Position numbers and translations under genes: made by a program
NCBI GenBank assembly: GCA_964016885.1
Contig: OZ024745.1
Span: forward strand, 115,692,001 to 115,756,000
DNA length: 64,000 nt
Origin: Eledone cirrhosa
Taxonomy: Eukaryota
Direction of reading: 5' to 3'
The notes under the pieces: model-generated
The model's input: only the letters and a program-made list of their open reading frames with translations
Database searches by the model: none
Told to the model about the DNA's origin: nothing
Shown here: positions 49,923 through 64,000 of the stretch, piece after piece
Layout of the letters: each line of letters begins with the position of its first letter
Numbering within the stretch: position 1 is the stretch's first letter

Positions 49923-50835
49923 AAAATTTCGCTCTACATGGCTGAATACAATAAATGTAATCTGAGTTTTTCGAATATTAATAATAACATTCGATTCGTT
50001 TGTAATTATGCAAACAAGCCTCAATTGTATAGCCATGTCAGTAGAATGAACACTTCATTCTCGCTCTTGTGTTGGCATGCGAACAGAGTTGCAGACACTA
50101 ATATTTCTGGGTGTTACCCTTCATCAGTACAGTTCCCTGTTCACCTGTTAAACTGTCAGGGCTAGTGAAAATATATAGTATTTTCAAAAATACACAGTGA
50201 CTGATCGGCCTGATTTGCATATTAGCAGACTGGCTGATCAGTCAGATCTGCATATTAGCAGATCCACCGATCAGCACGATTTGCATATCAGCAGACTGGT
50301 CAGTCAGTTTCTGTATACGAGCGATAAATGGACGGCTTTGCCAAATTCAAATAAAAAAAAGAAAATTTCGCTCTACATGGCTGAATACAATAAATGTAAT
50401 CTGAGATTATCGAATATTAACAATAACATTCGATTCGTTTGCAATTATGCAAACAAGCCTCAATTGTATAGCCTTGTCAGTAGAATGAACACTTCATTCT
50501 TGTTCTTGTGTTGGCATGTGAACAGAGTTGCAGACACTAATGTTTCTCGGTATCACCCTTCATCAGTACAGCTCACTGTTCACCCGCCAAACGGTCAGAT
50601 CTAGTGAAAATAGTATATATTTTCACTAGATCTGACCGTTTGGCGGGTGAACAGTGAGCTGTACTGATGAAGGGTGATACCCAGAAACATTAGTGTCTGC
50701 AGCTCTGTTCACATGCCAACACAAGAACAAGAATGAAGTGTTCATTCTACTGACATGGCTATACAATTGAGGCTTGATTGCAAAATTGCAAACGAATCGT
50801 ATGTTATTATTAATATTCGAAAAACTCAGATTAAA
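49920..50835. mobile_element. Retrozyme-like array: about 1.6 tandem 439-nt units plus an inverted partial unit, with three hammerheads
   Basis: 49922 vs 50361 and 50091 vs 50530 both give period 439; palindrome centre at about 50615; (TA)n on both sides. Confidence 0.85.
50657..50704 (+). ncRNA. Canonical type I hammerhead ribozyme, GUC site (minus-strand copies at 50090-50131 and 50529-50571)
   Basis: agctgta-CTGATGA-a gggt gat accc a-GAAA-cat ta gtg-TC-tgcagct. Confidence 0.88.
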
Positions 50836-50836
50836 T

Positions 50837-50946
<110 letters not shown>

Positions 50947-51986
50947 TAGATAGATACAAATATTAATAAAATACAAATATTAATAAAATGTTCTTTTGAT
51001 CACTTAAATTTTATTATACATATTTCAGTGGTGCAACAGTACGTCCTTATCAGACAAAATATAATGATACATGACATACCCTGAGATGTTAAATGGTTAA
51101 GATTTAATCAAGGTAGTGATTAAGCCATGAGAAAACTCAACATTTATACCCTAATAATGAGAAAATGCGAAAACGTAATAAATTCAATAGAGAATGTATG
51201 AGTAAGAAAAACGTTGCTTAATGTAACAGTTATAGAGATTTTAAAATGTGGGATACTACAAGTTATGGTTATCGAGGAAGACATCTCTGGAATTATAATT
51301 TTATTACAGTCCATGAAGGCAATTGATAGATGGTTAAAGAGAGGGAAAGATAAAGGGAAGTAATTTATGCAGAAAAATTATTTTCCCCTTAAGGACTAAA
51401 CGGTTAAGTTTCAAAATATTTAATTTATGTTATTTACGGGTGAAGAATCAAGATTTTGAGTTTTTAAAAGTTGGTGGTTATTTATATTTATTAAATTTAT
51501 AAATTTAATAAATTTTTTTTTTTCTTTTTAAGTGTTACATTTCTAAAATTCTGAATTTAATGAAAACAAAGTTAAAGGATTTACTTGGCCCGCGAAAGGA
51601 AAATTTATACTGTTGAATATTAACTTAAAATGTAATCTTTAACAAAAATTACCTGTAAGAGTGTCAACATTTAGGGTATGTAAAGCTTATGAAGTACTTA
51701 TTGTTAAAAATATCGAAAAATTTATTGTCAAGTAGATACAGTGTTTAAAGTGTAATGATTAACGCATAGTTTTCAGCCATATATATATATACATATATAT
51801 GTGTGCAATTATCGTAATAAATTAATATTTATTATATTATATTAAATCTCTATATTAGTTCTACCTTCATGGGAGGAAAGAACTCTAAATAATGTACAAT
51901 ATTTGCACAAACTATATATAGCGTTAAACCGAATCGGTAATATAGATATAGATGCAAAAAACAAAAAGCTGAGATATACGTGACTA

Positions 51987-52178
51987 ATAATTGTTTCTAC
52001 TTTTGGCACAAGGCCAGCAATTATACCAGTGTATTACTGGTACTTTATTTTATCGAGCCCGTAGGGATGAAAGGAAAATTAACCTCGGCGGGATTTGAAC
52101 TCAGACCATAAAGGGCCGTAACTCTTTGCTGCAAAGCAAGGCGTCTGACCCTCTACCGATACTGCCAATACACCGCCC
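51987..52178 (-). mobile_element. OR2-like SINE
   Basis: Consensus match. Confidence 0.88.
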
Positions 52179-53140
52179 AAGAGAGAGAGAGAGAGAGAAA
52201 AATACAGAAATATAGAATCGATACCGAGGGGCCAAACGATCGGGATTTTACACCTCTCCCTCTCTTTCTATACATATAAATAATATAACATATAATGTGT
52301 GTGTATATATATATATATACACCCACGTCCTGTCGTCCGTCATTTCCGCTCCTCAGGTCACTCTTCCTTACATGTCTCAGTCCTTAGTGTCCTTTTACAT
52401 CATGGATCGCAGGCCTCGCGCACCAGGACTGAAGAGACTCTGATTTTCCGCCTTGAGTCCTGTTAACTTCATGGACTCAACTCCCCTCCCCAATTTCTTT
52501 AATATTACATATATACGTTCGTGCTACCTTCTCTACCCCCCCCCCGTCACGTTTACCCCCGTCTCCGTTATCACACACATACTCGTACCAACCTCCTTTA
52601 TCTACTTGGTGATACAAAATATTATTTAAATAGTTCATATTTAATGTTTCTTTATATTATTTTTTCTCAATATTACCTTTTCTTAAGCCGCTCTCTTTCC
52701 CAATTTATCACATCAATTTTATCAGTATTAACATTCGTTATGACGTCTTTTGTTTTTCTTCCTCGTTTTTTCTTCTCTCTTTCCGTGCTTTTCTATGCTT
52801 AAATAATTACTTTTTCACAGAAATACTTTTCAACTACACTCTATTTAAACAAACTAGGACCCTATATCATCTTCTACGCTTATAAATCATTTAATTTCAA
52901 TTTTAATTTATCTTATCTTATGTTACTTTGTTTTATTTTAATAATACATTTTCGCACCCCTTAATAAATACCTCAGTATATAAGCTCTAAATAAATAGTA
53001 TACCTAATTTCTATATCTGTAATCATAAACATCATCAATCATAAACCTCATCAATTTTTAATTTTTTAATTTTTTAATTTATTTATTTATTTACAGCCGT
53101 TATTCAGTTATTATTTTTCAGTTGTGACAGCGTTTCCAGT

Positions 53141-53203
<63 letters not shown>

Positions 53204-53432
53204 CCCTCTCTCCCTCTCTCTCATTTCTCTTTCTCTCTCCTCCTTCCTTCTTATATTTTTCCTCCGTTATCCTCTCCTTCTTTTTTCCTTTTTTCTTTTT
53301 CCTTTTTCCTCTTCCTTCCTTTTTTTTCACCTTCCTTCCTTTTTTCTAATCTTATATATCCTTTTAAATTTATTTATCATATGTTGACTGGACACTTTCT
53401 TGTTCGTTTTTAGGCATCATATCAGGTTTCCA

Positions 53433-53503
53433 TATTTTATCTGATGAGAACGCAAATATCGTCCCAGGATGATATTTGTTTTTGAAATGCGCATAATAAA
53501 ATA
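53433..53503 (+). ncRNA. Minimal type I hammerhead ribozyme (family of 4791)
   Basis: tattttat-CTGATGA-stem II-GAAA-tgcgca-TA-ataaaata. Confidence 0.82.
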
Positions 53504-53591
53504 CATTAAAGTTAAAGACATTTGGTGTAGAGTAAACACAACAGTTATAAAGACACCAAGAAAACCGAGAAGACACTAGCCATATATATGT

Positions 53592-53732
<141 letters not shown>

Positions 53733-54090
53733 TTTAAGCAAAGAATCGCTGCTTTCACCCTTAACGGGATCTTCTGAAACTAACAAAGTCAATCTGTCAA
53801 AGCAGAAGTGAATATTTCAAAAAACGTTGCAACCGGAGGAAGACAGGAAGACGATACTTTGGTTCGTGGAAACGTTCCCTGGTAAAGAACGGGAAAAAAC
53901 GAATATAAAACGTCATTATTTGGAGCTGTGAAAAACAATTACACGCAAAGACAAAACTCTATATTTGCTTTGCGAGGATTTTGATACGAAATCGTGTGTC
54001 GAAACAAGTATTGTTATACTTGGGGAGGGCCATATTGTTGTAATAATAAAAATGGCGTAGACATACAATACAACAGGAGGAACATAATAG

Positions 54091-54150
54091 TACCACTGAT
54101 GATGTTGCACTGCAACATTGTTGCAGATGTGCAGCGAAAGAACTTTGTTA
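54091..54150 (+). ncRNA. Hammerhead ribozyme with extended stem II (relative of the 122/14173 family)
   Basis: CTGATGA-t gttgcac tgcaaca t tgttgca gat gtgcagc-GAAA-gaac-TT; lies inside an element bounded by inverted repeats 54010-54040 and 54720-54752. Confidence 0.65.
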
Positions 54151-54306
54151 GACTATATAATATGTGTTTATATCTGTATTTTTGACCGTTGGTCAGTCAA
54201 TGATAAACATTGAGGACCAAATGAATTAACTGTGGAGATATAAAAAGATACAGAAACGAAAACTAACCAAACAGTGAGTGTGTTCTGTTATTATTTTTGG
54301 CAATAT

Positions 54307-54720
54307 TGGCAGTATCGGTAGAGGGTCGGACGCCATGCTTTGACGCATAGAGTTACGGCCCTTACCATTCTGAGTTCAAATCCCGCTGAAGTTAACTTTG
54401 CCTTTCACCCTCACGGGGTCGATAAAATAAAGTACCAGTCACGCACTGGGGTCGATTTAATCGACTTTCCCCTACCCCCAAATCACTGGCCTTATACCTA
54501 TTTAAGAAACCAATATTATTACAACAATATGGCGGGGGATTGGCAGTATCAGTAGAGGGTCGGACGCCATGCTTTCCAGCATAGTTACGTCCCTTTTCGA
54601 TCTGAGTTCAAATCCCGCCGAGGTTGACGTTGCCTTTCATCCTTACGGGGTCGATAAAATAAAGTACCAGTAATGCACTGGGTAATTGCTGGCCTTGTGC
54701 TTAAAGTAGAAACAATTATT
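54307..54720 (+). mobile_element. Two tandem OR2-like SINEs
   Basis: 54307-54515 and 54532-54720 match the consensus. Confidence 0.9.
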
Positions 54721-54746
54721 ACAACAATATGACCCTCCCCAAGCAT

Positions 54747-54811
<65 letters not shown>

Positions 54812-55118
54812 AGTGTGTGAGTGCTTGTGTGTGTGTGAGTGCGTGTGTGAGTTTGTGTTATGTGAGTTACTTGCGGCGCGCAGGTCGAAGCACTCGCTCT
54901 TGTTACGGGGTCTATTTCTTGATCAGTTGTGCTCCAGATCACGGTGGATCCCACATATGAACTTATATATCTTTGAGAAGATGTCAAAGAAGTGTCAGGC
55001 TTCGATCTCCTTGATCAGACCCGAACTGATCGATATTGAAACAAATGTAATTTGCAAATAAATTTGTACAGAACATGCTAATCTGACTTTATTATTTTCA
55101 TTCTATATATACATATAC

Positions 55119-55192
<74 letters not shown>

Positions 55193-55237
55193 TAAAATAT
55201 AAGTATTAATAAAATAGATGTTCTTTTGATCAATTAC

Positions 55238-55290
55238 ATTTTATTATACATATTTCGGATGTACAACAGTACGTCCTCATCAGACAAAAT
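55238..55290 (-). ncRNA. Minimal type I hammerhead ribozyme (decayed copy at 51008-51060)
   Basis: attttgt-CTGATGA-ggacgtac tgtt gtacatcc-GAAA-tatgta-TA-ataaaat. Confidence 0.72.
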
Positions 55291-55345
55291 ATAATGATAC
55301 ATGACATACCCTGAGATGTTAAATGGTTAAGATTTAATCAAGGTA

Positions 55346-55474
<129 letters not shown>

Positions 55475-58289
55475 AAGAGAGAGATGGTTTGATAGATATT
55501 TATCTCTCTACACACAGAAACAAATACACACATACATAAACATACGTTCTTATTAACTATATTAGTATTCAACTCTGTATTTGAATTTCGGTATATAATT
55601 TGAACAATTCTTTTATTTTTTTTAATATTGACATTTTCCCTGTTTTTAATTTCGATTCTATTGAATCTGTTCTTAAATAAACACCTGTGCATTAGTGTAT
55701 TTGCTGCTAGAATTTTTATTTACTTGATTATTTTTTCTGTTATATAGTAATTGTACATTTCTTATTTTAGTATTTTTCTAGTATATAATAATTCGTCTCA
55801 GTTGTTTCATCACTGGTAGTATTGCCTGTCAAGTCAAGCCTTGTTCTGCATAACCGAGTCTTCTCTAGCTTTCAGTTATTCACGAATCAATATCCAACTG
55901 CTTTAAATCAAATTCTAGTAAGGGAATCTTTGATCACAGTAAAAATATGTGTTATTGCTTAGTTAAGCACACTACTAATTATTAGATCGATATCTGTTAA
56001 ATGATTGGTAAACAGAGTTGAAATAAACTTTAACTTCGGAAGATGAATATGATTTAGTTTCATGTGCCACTGAGTCACTCTGTTATCTCTCTCTGAAAAT
56101 TAATAGTACTTGGCATAGCCATAGCATAGATTCCGTAGCAACAGTATTGTATTATATCAAATGTTTTACATTACATAAGGTCTTCACTCTAAGATTTTAA
56201 GTTCAATTCTGGTGTATATTTTTACTTTTATTTTCACACCGTAAGTCAAGAAATTATAGACCTGCAGATACCTGATTTAATTTAGTAACTCTGATCTTCT
56301 CTTACACATAAGTAGAGTGTCTCAGCAGCACATCAAACTAAATCACATTCATCCTTCTATTTAAAGTGGCATCTTCCTAGTTTTAAAAAATCCGTATTTC
56401 GGAGGAAAATAGACCGTGATGGAATGAATAAAGCAAAGGATTTTGTTATCACATGCTCTAGTTTATCACCAGGACAGCCTACTTCAAACATACGTATGAT
56501 CAAATAATTTCCAGCTTTGATCACCCTATATTTCCGTATGTAAGCCAGGGACTGTATTGTATAATATATATCATTTATTTACAATTGTGGGGCGTGATTT
56601 GAAGGATATTTCGCTGTCACTTCTATCTATTCAAGCGACTGTGTAGAGATTTCAATTTTCAATTTGGCAATAAAAATAGAATTTTGATGGTAAACTAATT
56701 GAGATGGTATAATTGAGATGGTATAATTGAGATGGTAAACTAATTGAGATGAAATAATTGTTACATTCAATAATAGTTATTTCAGTGTTTTAAAATGGAA
56801 GATGTAAACAATAGCTAGTTGAATGGTTAGTGATGCGGATCTTGTCTCTGTGTCCAGAATTGATTATCTGATTTATTTTTAATCAAATCCTAATCAAATA
56901 TTTATTAGTCTGACATAATTAAATCGTTTGACAAGCATCACTTCTGTTGTAAGGAATTTAACAAGGGTTAAAAACCGAATATGTCTTTCACTACGACCCA
57001 CATTATCAAGATTGTTCTGTTCTTTTGAAAATTCCACCAGAGATGTTTCTTAAATATGTAATAACAATAAGTAAAAGATATGTTTTTGTGAAATGTTGAT
57101 ATTGAGCTGAAATTTGAAACTAAAGTTATATAGTCTTTATATTTACTCGAGAGATGACTTTCTTTGTACTCAAGAATATATATCATTCGTGAAATACGAT
57201 TCATTATTCAGTGTGTTGTGTTTCCTATGCAATGTTTATCATGGCAAGTACATTCGTATTAGAATGAAGTATTACTTGACACGAAAATGTTAAAAGTGTT
57301 CGATTCTTTTTGGCACAAAGAAGTAGAAGGAAATACCAAATTGTCATATTAATAAATATTGGCGTCCTTTGAGAAATAAACGTCAATTTCTTTTCCTAAA
57401 CACAGACTATTTTAGGAGTGTGTTTGAAGTGAAAAGTTACGCTTTTCATGTTTTTCATGACAAGGTAAACTGACATGTCTTAGACCGGTAATTCAAGTCT
57501 CAAACTTGGTTCAACACACCATACCACATGTTCTGTAGTCATGAGTAAATAGGTTTACGTTAATAAACCAATAATGTGACTTAAAAAAATAAAATCGCTT
57601 AATACAAGAGTGGCAACTTCAATGTAAATATGATTCACAGGAAACTAATTTTCTTTATGAGCTGCTTTGTATCGTAGGACCCACTGCGGACACAAATAAC
57701 CATCGTTTTGCACTTAGAAAGTTCCCATCTGAGGCACAAGCTTATGCGAGATGTGTTTGTGGACGACAAGCAATCACCCATGCATACCGATTTCCCCTCT
57801 CTACGCCACAGATTTTGTCCAAGGGAAAAACAAATGCGAATACAGCTTGGCACCAGTGATGTGCGGAACTCATTTCTACAGCTGAGTAAACTAGAGCAAC
57901 GTGAAGTAAAGTGTCTTGCTCAAGAAGGCAACGCACCACTCGTTCCGTGAGTTCAATGTTATAATCATTAAGCTGATTTATATAACAAAATATTTATCTT
58001 ACATCCTTTGAAGATACAGTCGATTTAATCTGTCCTATTAATCTTTATATATATATGATTTCATGCAATGAAGTAAACGGCAGCGTGTCAGTATAAGTGT
58101 AATATTCAGAAATATAAAACATTTTTATTTAACGCTAGTTACAGAAGCAGATCACCAGAATCTTGTCACTTGGTTTTGCCCGTAAAGTATGTATCAGCAA
58201 AAATCGCTGAACAGAATTTACGGGCATAACCAACCGGCAGGAGACCCAGGGGCATACCACAAGCAAGATGGGTGGATAGTAGAGTTAGT

Positions 58290-60850
58290 CAGTATAGATA
58301 AAACTTCATGTTCGACAGCAACATGTTATTTGAACAGCTAGAAGGAAAGAAAGAAATAACGATGCTATCTCTGAGGTTGAAGAAGCCAATTCATTTTGGA
58401 GAGGGATTTGGGAATAGGATGTTGAGTATAATAGTCGGGCAGAGTGGATTGGGACTGTTAAAACGGAGATTACTTAAGAAGCACAACCTAACTTAAACAT
58501 CTCGGTCGAAACCCTTAAAGAGCAGGTCAATAAATTAACCAACTGGAAATCACCAAGTCCGGATGGTGTGCAAGGAGATTGGCTTACGAATATAACGTCT
58601 CTCCACCCGATACTAGCAGCTATGTTCAATAACTGCTTGATCTCGGATGAAGTACCGCAGTGGTTGACAAAAGCAGAACAAGTTGTTTGATGAATTAGAG
58701 GGACAAGTAGTTAATGTTGTACCTGATGCAAAACAGAGTTGACATTTTGGAGAGAAATATGGTATCAGTCAGTAAGAATGGGGAATGGTTAAAAAGATGT
58801 AGGAAGAATTGAATATATAGAAAATTATTTGTGAAGTGTGAAGAAACAGATCAAGTGACTTTCTAACTAGAAAAATATAAGACAGAGTGGTGTTAACTGA
58901 TACCGGATTAAGAACCTGGTATCAATACACAGTATTAGAACAAATCAACTGGATGGATTCCTCAATGAAAATAGAGTGCCGTAATGGATGGTAACTGAGA
59001 GAACATTATTCACTGTGAAGAAAATAGAATATCGGGAATATGGTGTCCAATTTTGGACCGATCACTTTTGTTATATAAACTATTAACAGGTATATTAGCT
59101 GAAGAAATGTACAGACCCTTGGGGAAGACAAACCTGTTGTTATGGGAGCAGAAACATGCATAAAAAGAAACAGAAGCATCAAGGATCAATTACTGATCGA
59201 CAAAATGATATTGACGAATTGTAAGGGGATTTACAACATTGGGAGTGGATATATTATCGGAAGGCATATAATGCTGCTTTACAGTTGGATTGAAATGTTT
59301 CGAGTGGCAATAAATACAAAACAGTTCATTGATGAAAATATGAAACAGTGGAATACTGAACTAGCTGGAAATGAAAAGTTGGGAAATAGGAATATAAGAC
59401 GGGGGTAGTTTGTCACCATTGTTGTTTGATTTTACTGACACTGATGTTGAGAAAGATATTTTATGAAATAAAGAAGGGACAAGAGAAGATCAACCCCTTT
59501 TTTCTTCATGGATTGTTTGTGAAAAGTGAAGATCAAATAGACAGCTTGGTAAATATCGTTAGAATATTTTCAGATATCAAGATGGAATTTGATTTGTGAA
59601 AATGCGCTGTACTGATTAAGAAGAGAGGAAAAGTTGTTCAGAGAGAGGGAATTGCAATTCCTGATGGTAGCATGAGGAGATGCACTGATGAAGGATGTGG
59701 ATATAGATACTTTGGAATATTGGAAGCAGATGGAATATGGCATGAAGGGATGAATGATCAGGCAAACAAAGTGTATGTACGCCGATTGAGGAAAATATAA
59801 AAATCAAAACTCAACTCAAAATCAGCGTCTATCATTAGATATTGGGTTGGTATTATAGATAGGACGAAGGCAGAGTTGAGTTTGGATCGCATAACGAGGA
59901 AACTGCTGACGATGGGTGATGTATGGCGTACTTCACCCAAGGGCAAATGTGGAGCGACTATATATGAAAAATGCAAATGGTGGTCGAGGTATGATTGAGA
60001 TAGAAGATGGTGGTAGAATAGAAATGGAAGGGTTAGAGCAATATTTACGTGTACCCAGAGAAGAGTTACTGAGGGCAGAGATCGGATCAGATTTGTTTGA
60101 AATCAACACGGGTGTCAAAAGTAAAGAAAACGTAGATAATGAACATGAAACTGCATATGAGGGCAAAACACTATACAGGCAGTTCTGAAAAGCAACAGAT
60201 GAAGTGAGAAGAATAACATCGTGGTATTGGCTAAAGAAAGGGTATGTAAAAAAGGAAACAGAGTTCACAATAATTGTAACTTACGATCAAGTAATTTGCA
60301 CGAATAACATCAGAAAAGCAGAACATGGAAAAGATGTATCACCTCAGTGTCGATTGTGTGGCGGAGAAGTTAAAACAGTGGGACACACCGTCTCAGAGTA
60401 TCTGAAACTTGATCAAAATGAAATAAAGTGATACATGATAATGTGGCCAAAGTAATCCACTGGGATTTGTGTAAAAAGAGGGAATGTGACACTGCAGACA
60501 AATGGTCCATGCACCAACCGGAGAAAGTATTGGAATCGAAAGACTGCAAGATTTTATGGGATTGGTCAATAGAAACTGATTAACGGTTAGATTATAAATA
60601 GACAAGACGTTATATTCGAAAAGAAGAATAAAACTTGTCAATTGATAATAGAACCAGCTTGTCCATTTAATACTCACAAAGAAGGAAAAGAAGAAAACTG
60701 CACCAATAATGGACGTCTGAAATCAGAAATTTTAAGAATGTGAAGATGAAAGTGGAAGTGATACCAGAGGTCGTTGACGTCCTACGGATGATCACAAAGA
60801 ATCTTGATGGATTGATAAAAAAACAAAGAAAATTGAATCATACAGTAGAT
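58290..60850 (+). mobile_element. Degenerate R4/Dong-like RLE non-LTR retrotransposon
   Basis: NWKSPSPDGVQG.WL, DQLLIDKMI, SLSPLLF, YRYFG, LHPRANVERLY..GGRG, CRLCG..TVGH, HDNVAK; many frameshifts. Confidence 0.85.
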
Positions 60851-61218
60851 TTCTACTGTATGATTCAATTTTACAGAAGTCTCGTCGGCTTGAATTGCAG
60901 AACAAACTTATTTTATCTTCATCACAGACAATTCGGGGAGGATAGGTGTCATACCCGATGAAATTCATGAGTAACTGAATAAATGTCTCATCTGTATCCC
61001 TGGTTGAACTATATGCTTCCTCAATATTGATAACATTGAGGCCTTCAAAGCAGAACATTTTATATTATTTGCATTTCATGATTCTCACTAGACTTCAATC
61101 GTCTAAAAACCTGCAGATGTAGGTCCAATGTTATATATACCTCGTCGCCCTAGACACACTTTGAATGCATTGAGTTTCAGAGCAAATTGCCCTCATCATT
61201 GCTAATATATAGTATAAG

Positions 61219-61536
61219 AATAAAGAACGAAGAATCAGTTTTATATCATAACATATTTAATAACATATTACATATGTTTCACTGGCGATCAGCTCGAAGA
61301 ACGATCTATTAATGATTGAATCTGACTCTAGAATCGAGAGATCCTCAGATATGCTTCAGTATGTAAGCTCGTCTCCGATTTTGTGCACAAAATCGGAGAC
61401 GAGCTTACATACTGAGGATCTCTCGATTCCAGAGTCAGGTTCGATCAATAATAGATCGTTCCTCGAGCTGATCGACAGTGAAACATATGTAATATGTTAT
61501 TAAATATGATGCAACACTGATTCTTCGTTCTTTATT
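61219..61536. repeat. Palindrome carrying two hammerhead motifs (61263-61354 -, 61407-61497 +)
   Basis: Centre ttgtGCacaa at 61385; CTGAGGA..GAAA-catatg-TA-atatgt in each arm. Confidence 0.85.
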
Positions 61537-61622
61537 GTAATACTATTATACTCTGCATGCGCGAGCATCGATTGCTCACCCGACATACCGCCTACGGATG
61601 CAATTATCTTGCACATATACAG

Positions 61623-61678
<56 letters not shown>

Positions 61679-61689
61679 GCTACACCAAC

Positions 61690-62525
61690 CCACCAGGGCA
61701 GCGCTACGAGCATTGAGATCAGCTAGGAACAAAGCATAAAAGATTACGAGATGCTGTGCGAATGACTACTGGTTACAGCTATATGAAGACATCTAGCTTT
61801 CGTTCGACGCAGGTAACATACGGGGAATGTATGAGGGCACCAAGAAAGCTATCGACCAACCCAGAGCAAGACAGCTACACTCAAATCCAGAACAGGTGAG
61901 GTCATCAAAGGCAAAATAGAGCAGTTGGAGAGATGGGTAGTATATTACTCCAAACTCTACGACAGGGAAAACAGTATCTCGGACAACACACTAGACACCG
62001 TGGAACACTTGCCAGTCATGGAGGAGCTAGATGTGTTGCCGACTGCTGAAGAACTGTGCAGAGCCATTGGTGGCACCAGGATCTGACGGCATCCCCCCTA
62101 GAGGTCAACAGATGTGCAAAGGAAGTGCGACTTAGCTACTTGTTGAAACTATTCTGGCAATGCAAGGAGGAGGGAACAGTCCCGTAAGACATGAGAGACT
62201 GCAGCACTGTCACCCTCTATAACACAAGGGGACAAAGGGGATAGAAGTGACTGCAATAGCTACCGAGGAATATCGATGCTAAGCGATGTTGAGAAGGTCG
62301 TTGCCCACGTTGTCTTGAGCAGACTACAGGAAATTGCTGAGAGGGTATACCCACCCTGAATCTCAGTGTGGTTTCAGGTCAGAACGCTCCACCATCGACA
62401 CGATCTTCTTCCCCTTGACAGCTGTAGAAAGAGCGCTGAGAGCAAAGGCAAGCAGTTTACATCACCTTCATCAACCTCACAAAGGCATTCGATTTAGTTA
62501 CTAGAGACGGCCTAATTAAGATCGC
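61690..62525 (+). mobile_element. RTE LINE fragment (N-terminal part of RT)
   Basis: GNIRGMYEG.KKA, EQLERW, KGDRSDCNSYRGISML, ESQCGFRSERSTIDTIF, FINLTKAFDLV. Confidence 0.88.
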
Positions 62526-64000
62526 AGACACAATTCAAGGAAACGTGGTGTTTAGTGTGACTTCTTAAACTGACATTCTCATCATATTTACGCTGGACTT
62601 CACATTTATGAGACGGAAATATGAAAATGCATTAACATCATCATTTTCACTCGATGAATTGTGTTTATCTTCTTTACCTTCATTTACTACGAAATCCATT
62701 TCGGAGAATTCTCTCCACCGATGCTGTTGATTTGTGTCTTACACAATATGATAATTAACAAGATGTCAGGCAACATACTAAGTGATTCTATAAGCGGATA
62801 GACAGGAACAGATGAGATCTTAATGATTAATTCAGCAGATATTAGCTAAAGGCTAACTACTGGCAATGTTATTATAAAATCTCATATTAACCAAAGAGAA
62901 ATATATTACAATGCTATAAAAAGAATTAAAAAATAAAATTAAGAATAAAAATCTTAATTTAAAAGCAACGTGACACAGCATGTATTTCGCATGGAGCTAT
63001 GGATTAAATGTGCGATTTTTTCTTTTCATGTTTCAGCATTAGATTATTTTCAATACGGAAAGATCATTAACGTGTATTAGAAATTTCAGATAACACTTTA
63101 CTAAAAATAGGAATCAACTATATTTTCTAGATGACATTTTCCAGTGTACATTAACAATATTGTAAAATAAATAGTATTATGCAAACATTCTACGTTCACA
63201 TTTCAGAAGGAATGCGAACGTTTTTGAATTTGTAACGTGAAAATGTCTGTGATTTAACACAGGTTGTATTGTTTTGGTACATATTCACAGAGAGAAATAT
63301 ACTTGACTGCAGTTAATCATCTCACCATAGTAGTAGAACTTGTTATAGGTTTCGCAGGATAAAAAACAAGGAATCCAATGAGAATCCAATGAGAAAATAA
63401 ATAAGAAAATACCGGCAAGTAAGTCAATATTGCAGAATATTTGTACCAGCATTTCAACTTTCGCATGAAATAATGCATTTGGATACTTTATATATTCCTA
63501 TATTGCAATGTATATAATTATAATACTTTGAATAGGTAGAATATGTTGGCCGAATTAACTGCTGTATATGACTGATACTTAAATTATTGATGCTGTATAA
63601 ATACTCAGAACGTATGAAGACAAACTTAAATACTGACCACTGCACCTTATTGAAATAGCAAGCTGTAAAGTATCTAACTTCCCCAAACTATGACCAGTAT
63701 GTGTTAAGTTAAACGACGTAACGTGGAACCCATTTTCTGAGCGCTGATTCTGATAAATATTAAATGGTTCAAGATATTAAACTCGCCAAAACTACTATTT
63801 ACTATAATTTTCTTTCATTGTGCTACAGTGTATAACTAGTTATAAAATGTTATGTTATATTTAGATATGTCCCTTTACCATCTGTTTTCAAATCCTTTCC
63901 ATCGCTGGACACTATATAGAGCAGAGATGGAGAACAGGCGGCCTTTTGAAAGAATAAAATATTTCCAACAAATTTAAAATTATTATTAATATGTCTTTGC

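Noticed and set aside
50197-50604. 135-aa ORF in the 439-nt repeat
   Set aside because: Not kept open in the other copies; derives from 30-bp subrepeats
55900-57600. Start of a third protease paralogue
   Set aside because: No signal-peptide exon or IVxG-type exon recognised here or in 62600-64000

Overview
AT-rich eukaryotic DNA, almost certainly from an incirrate octopod (about 20 copies of the octopus tRNA-derived OR2-type SINE, many (TA)n tracts). The only host genes are two tandem, same-strand paralogues of a secreted chymotrypsin-fold (S1) serine protease. The first contributes its last three exons (1470-6616). The second is a complete six-exon, 254-aa gene (31550-43903) with a TATA box, signal peptide and intact His/Asp/Ser triad. 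Everything else is repeat-derived: decayed Penelope-like elements (RT plus C-terminal GIY-YIG with a CxCx5C linker), RTE, RLE/R4-type and Jockey-like LINE fragments, SINEs, MITEs and satellites. The most unusual layer is non-coding. More than 20 minimal type I hammerhead ribozyme (HHR) motifs from about ten unrelated families sit in hairpin-shaped insertions embedded in (TA)n. They include a 439-nt tandem, retrozyme-like unit and repeated non-canonical cores: a compensatory U3-A8 core (UUGAAAA), CAGAAGA and CCGAUGA. All ribozyme calls and counts were made by eye and are untested.
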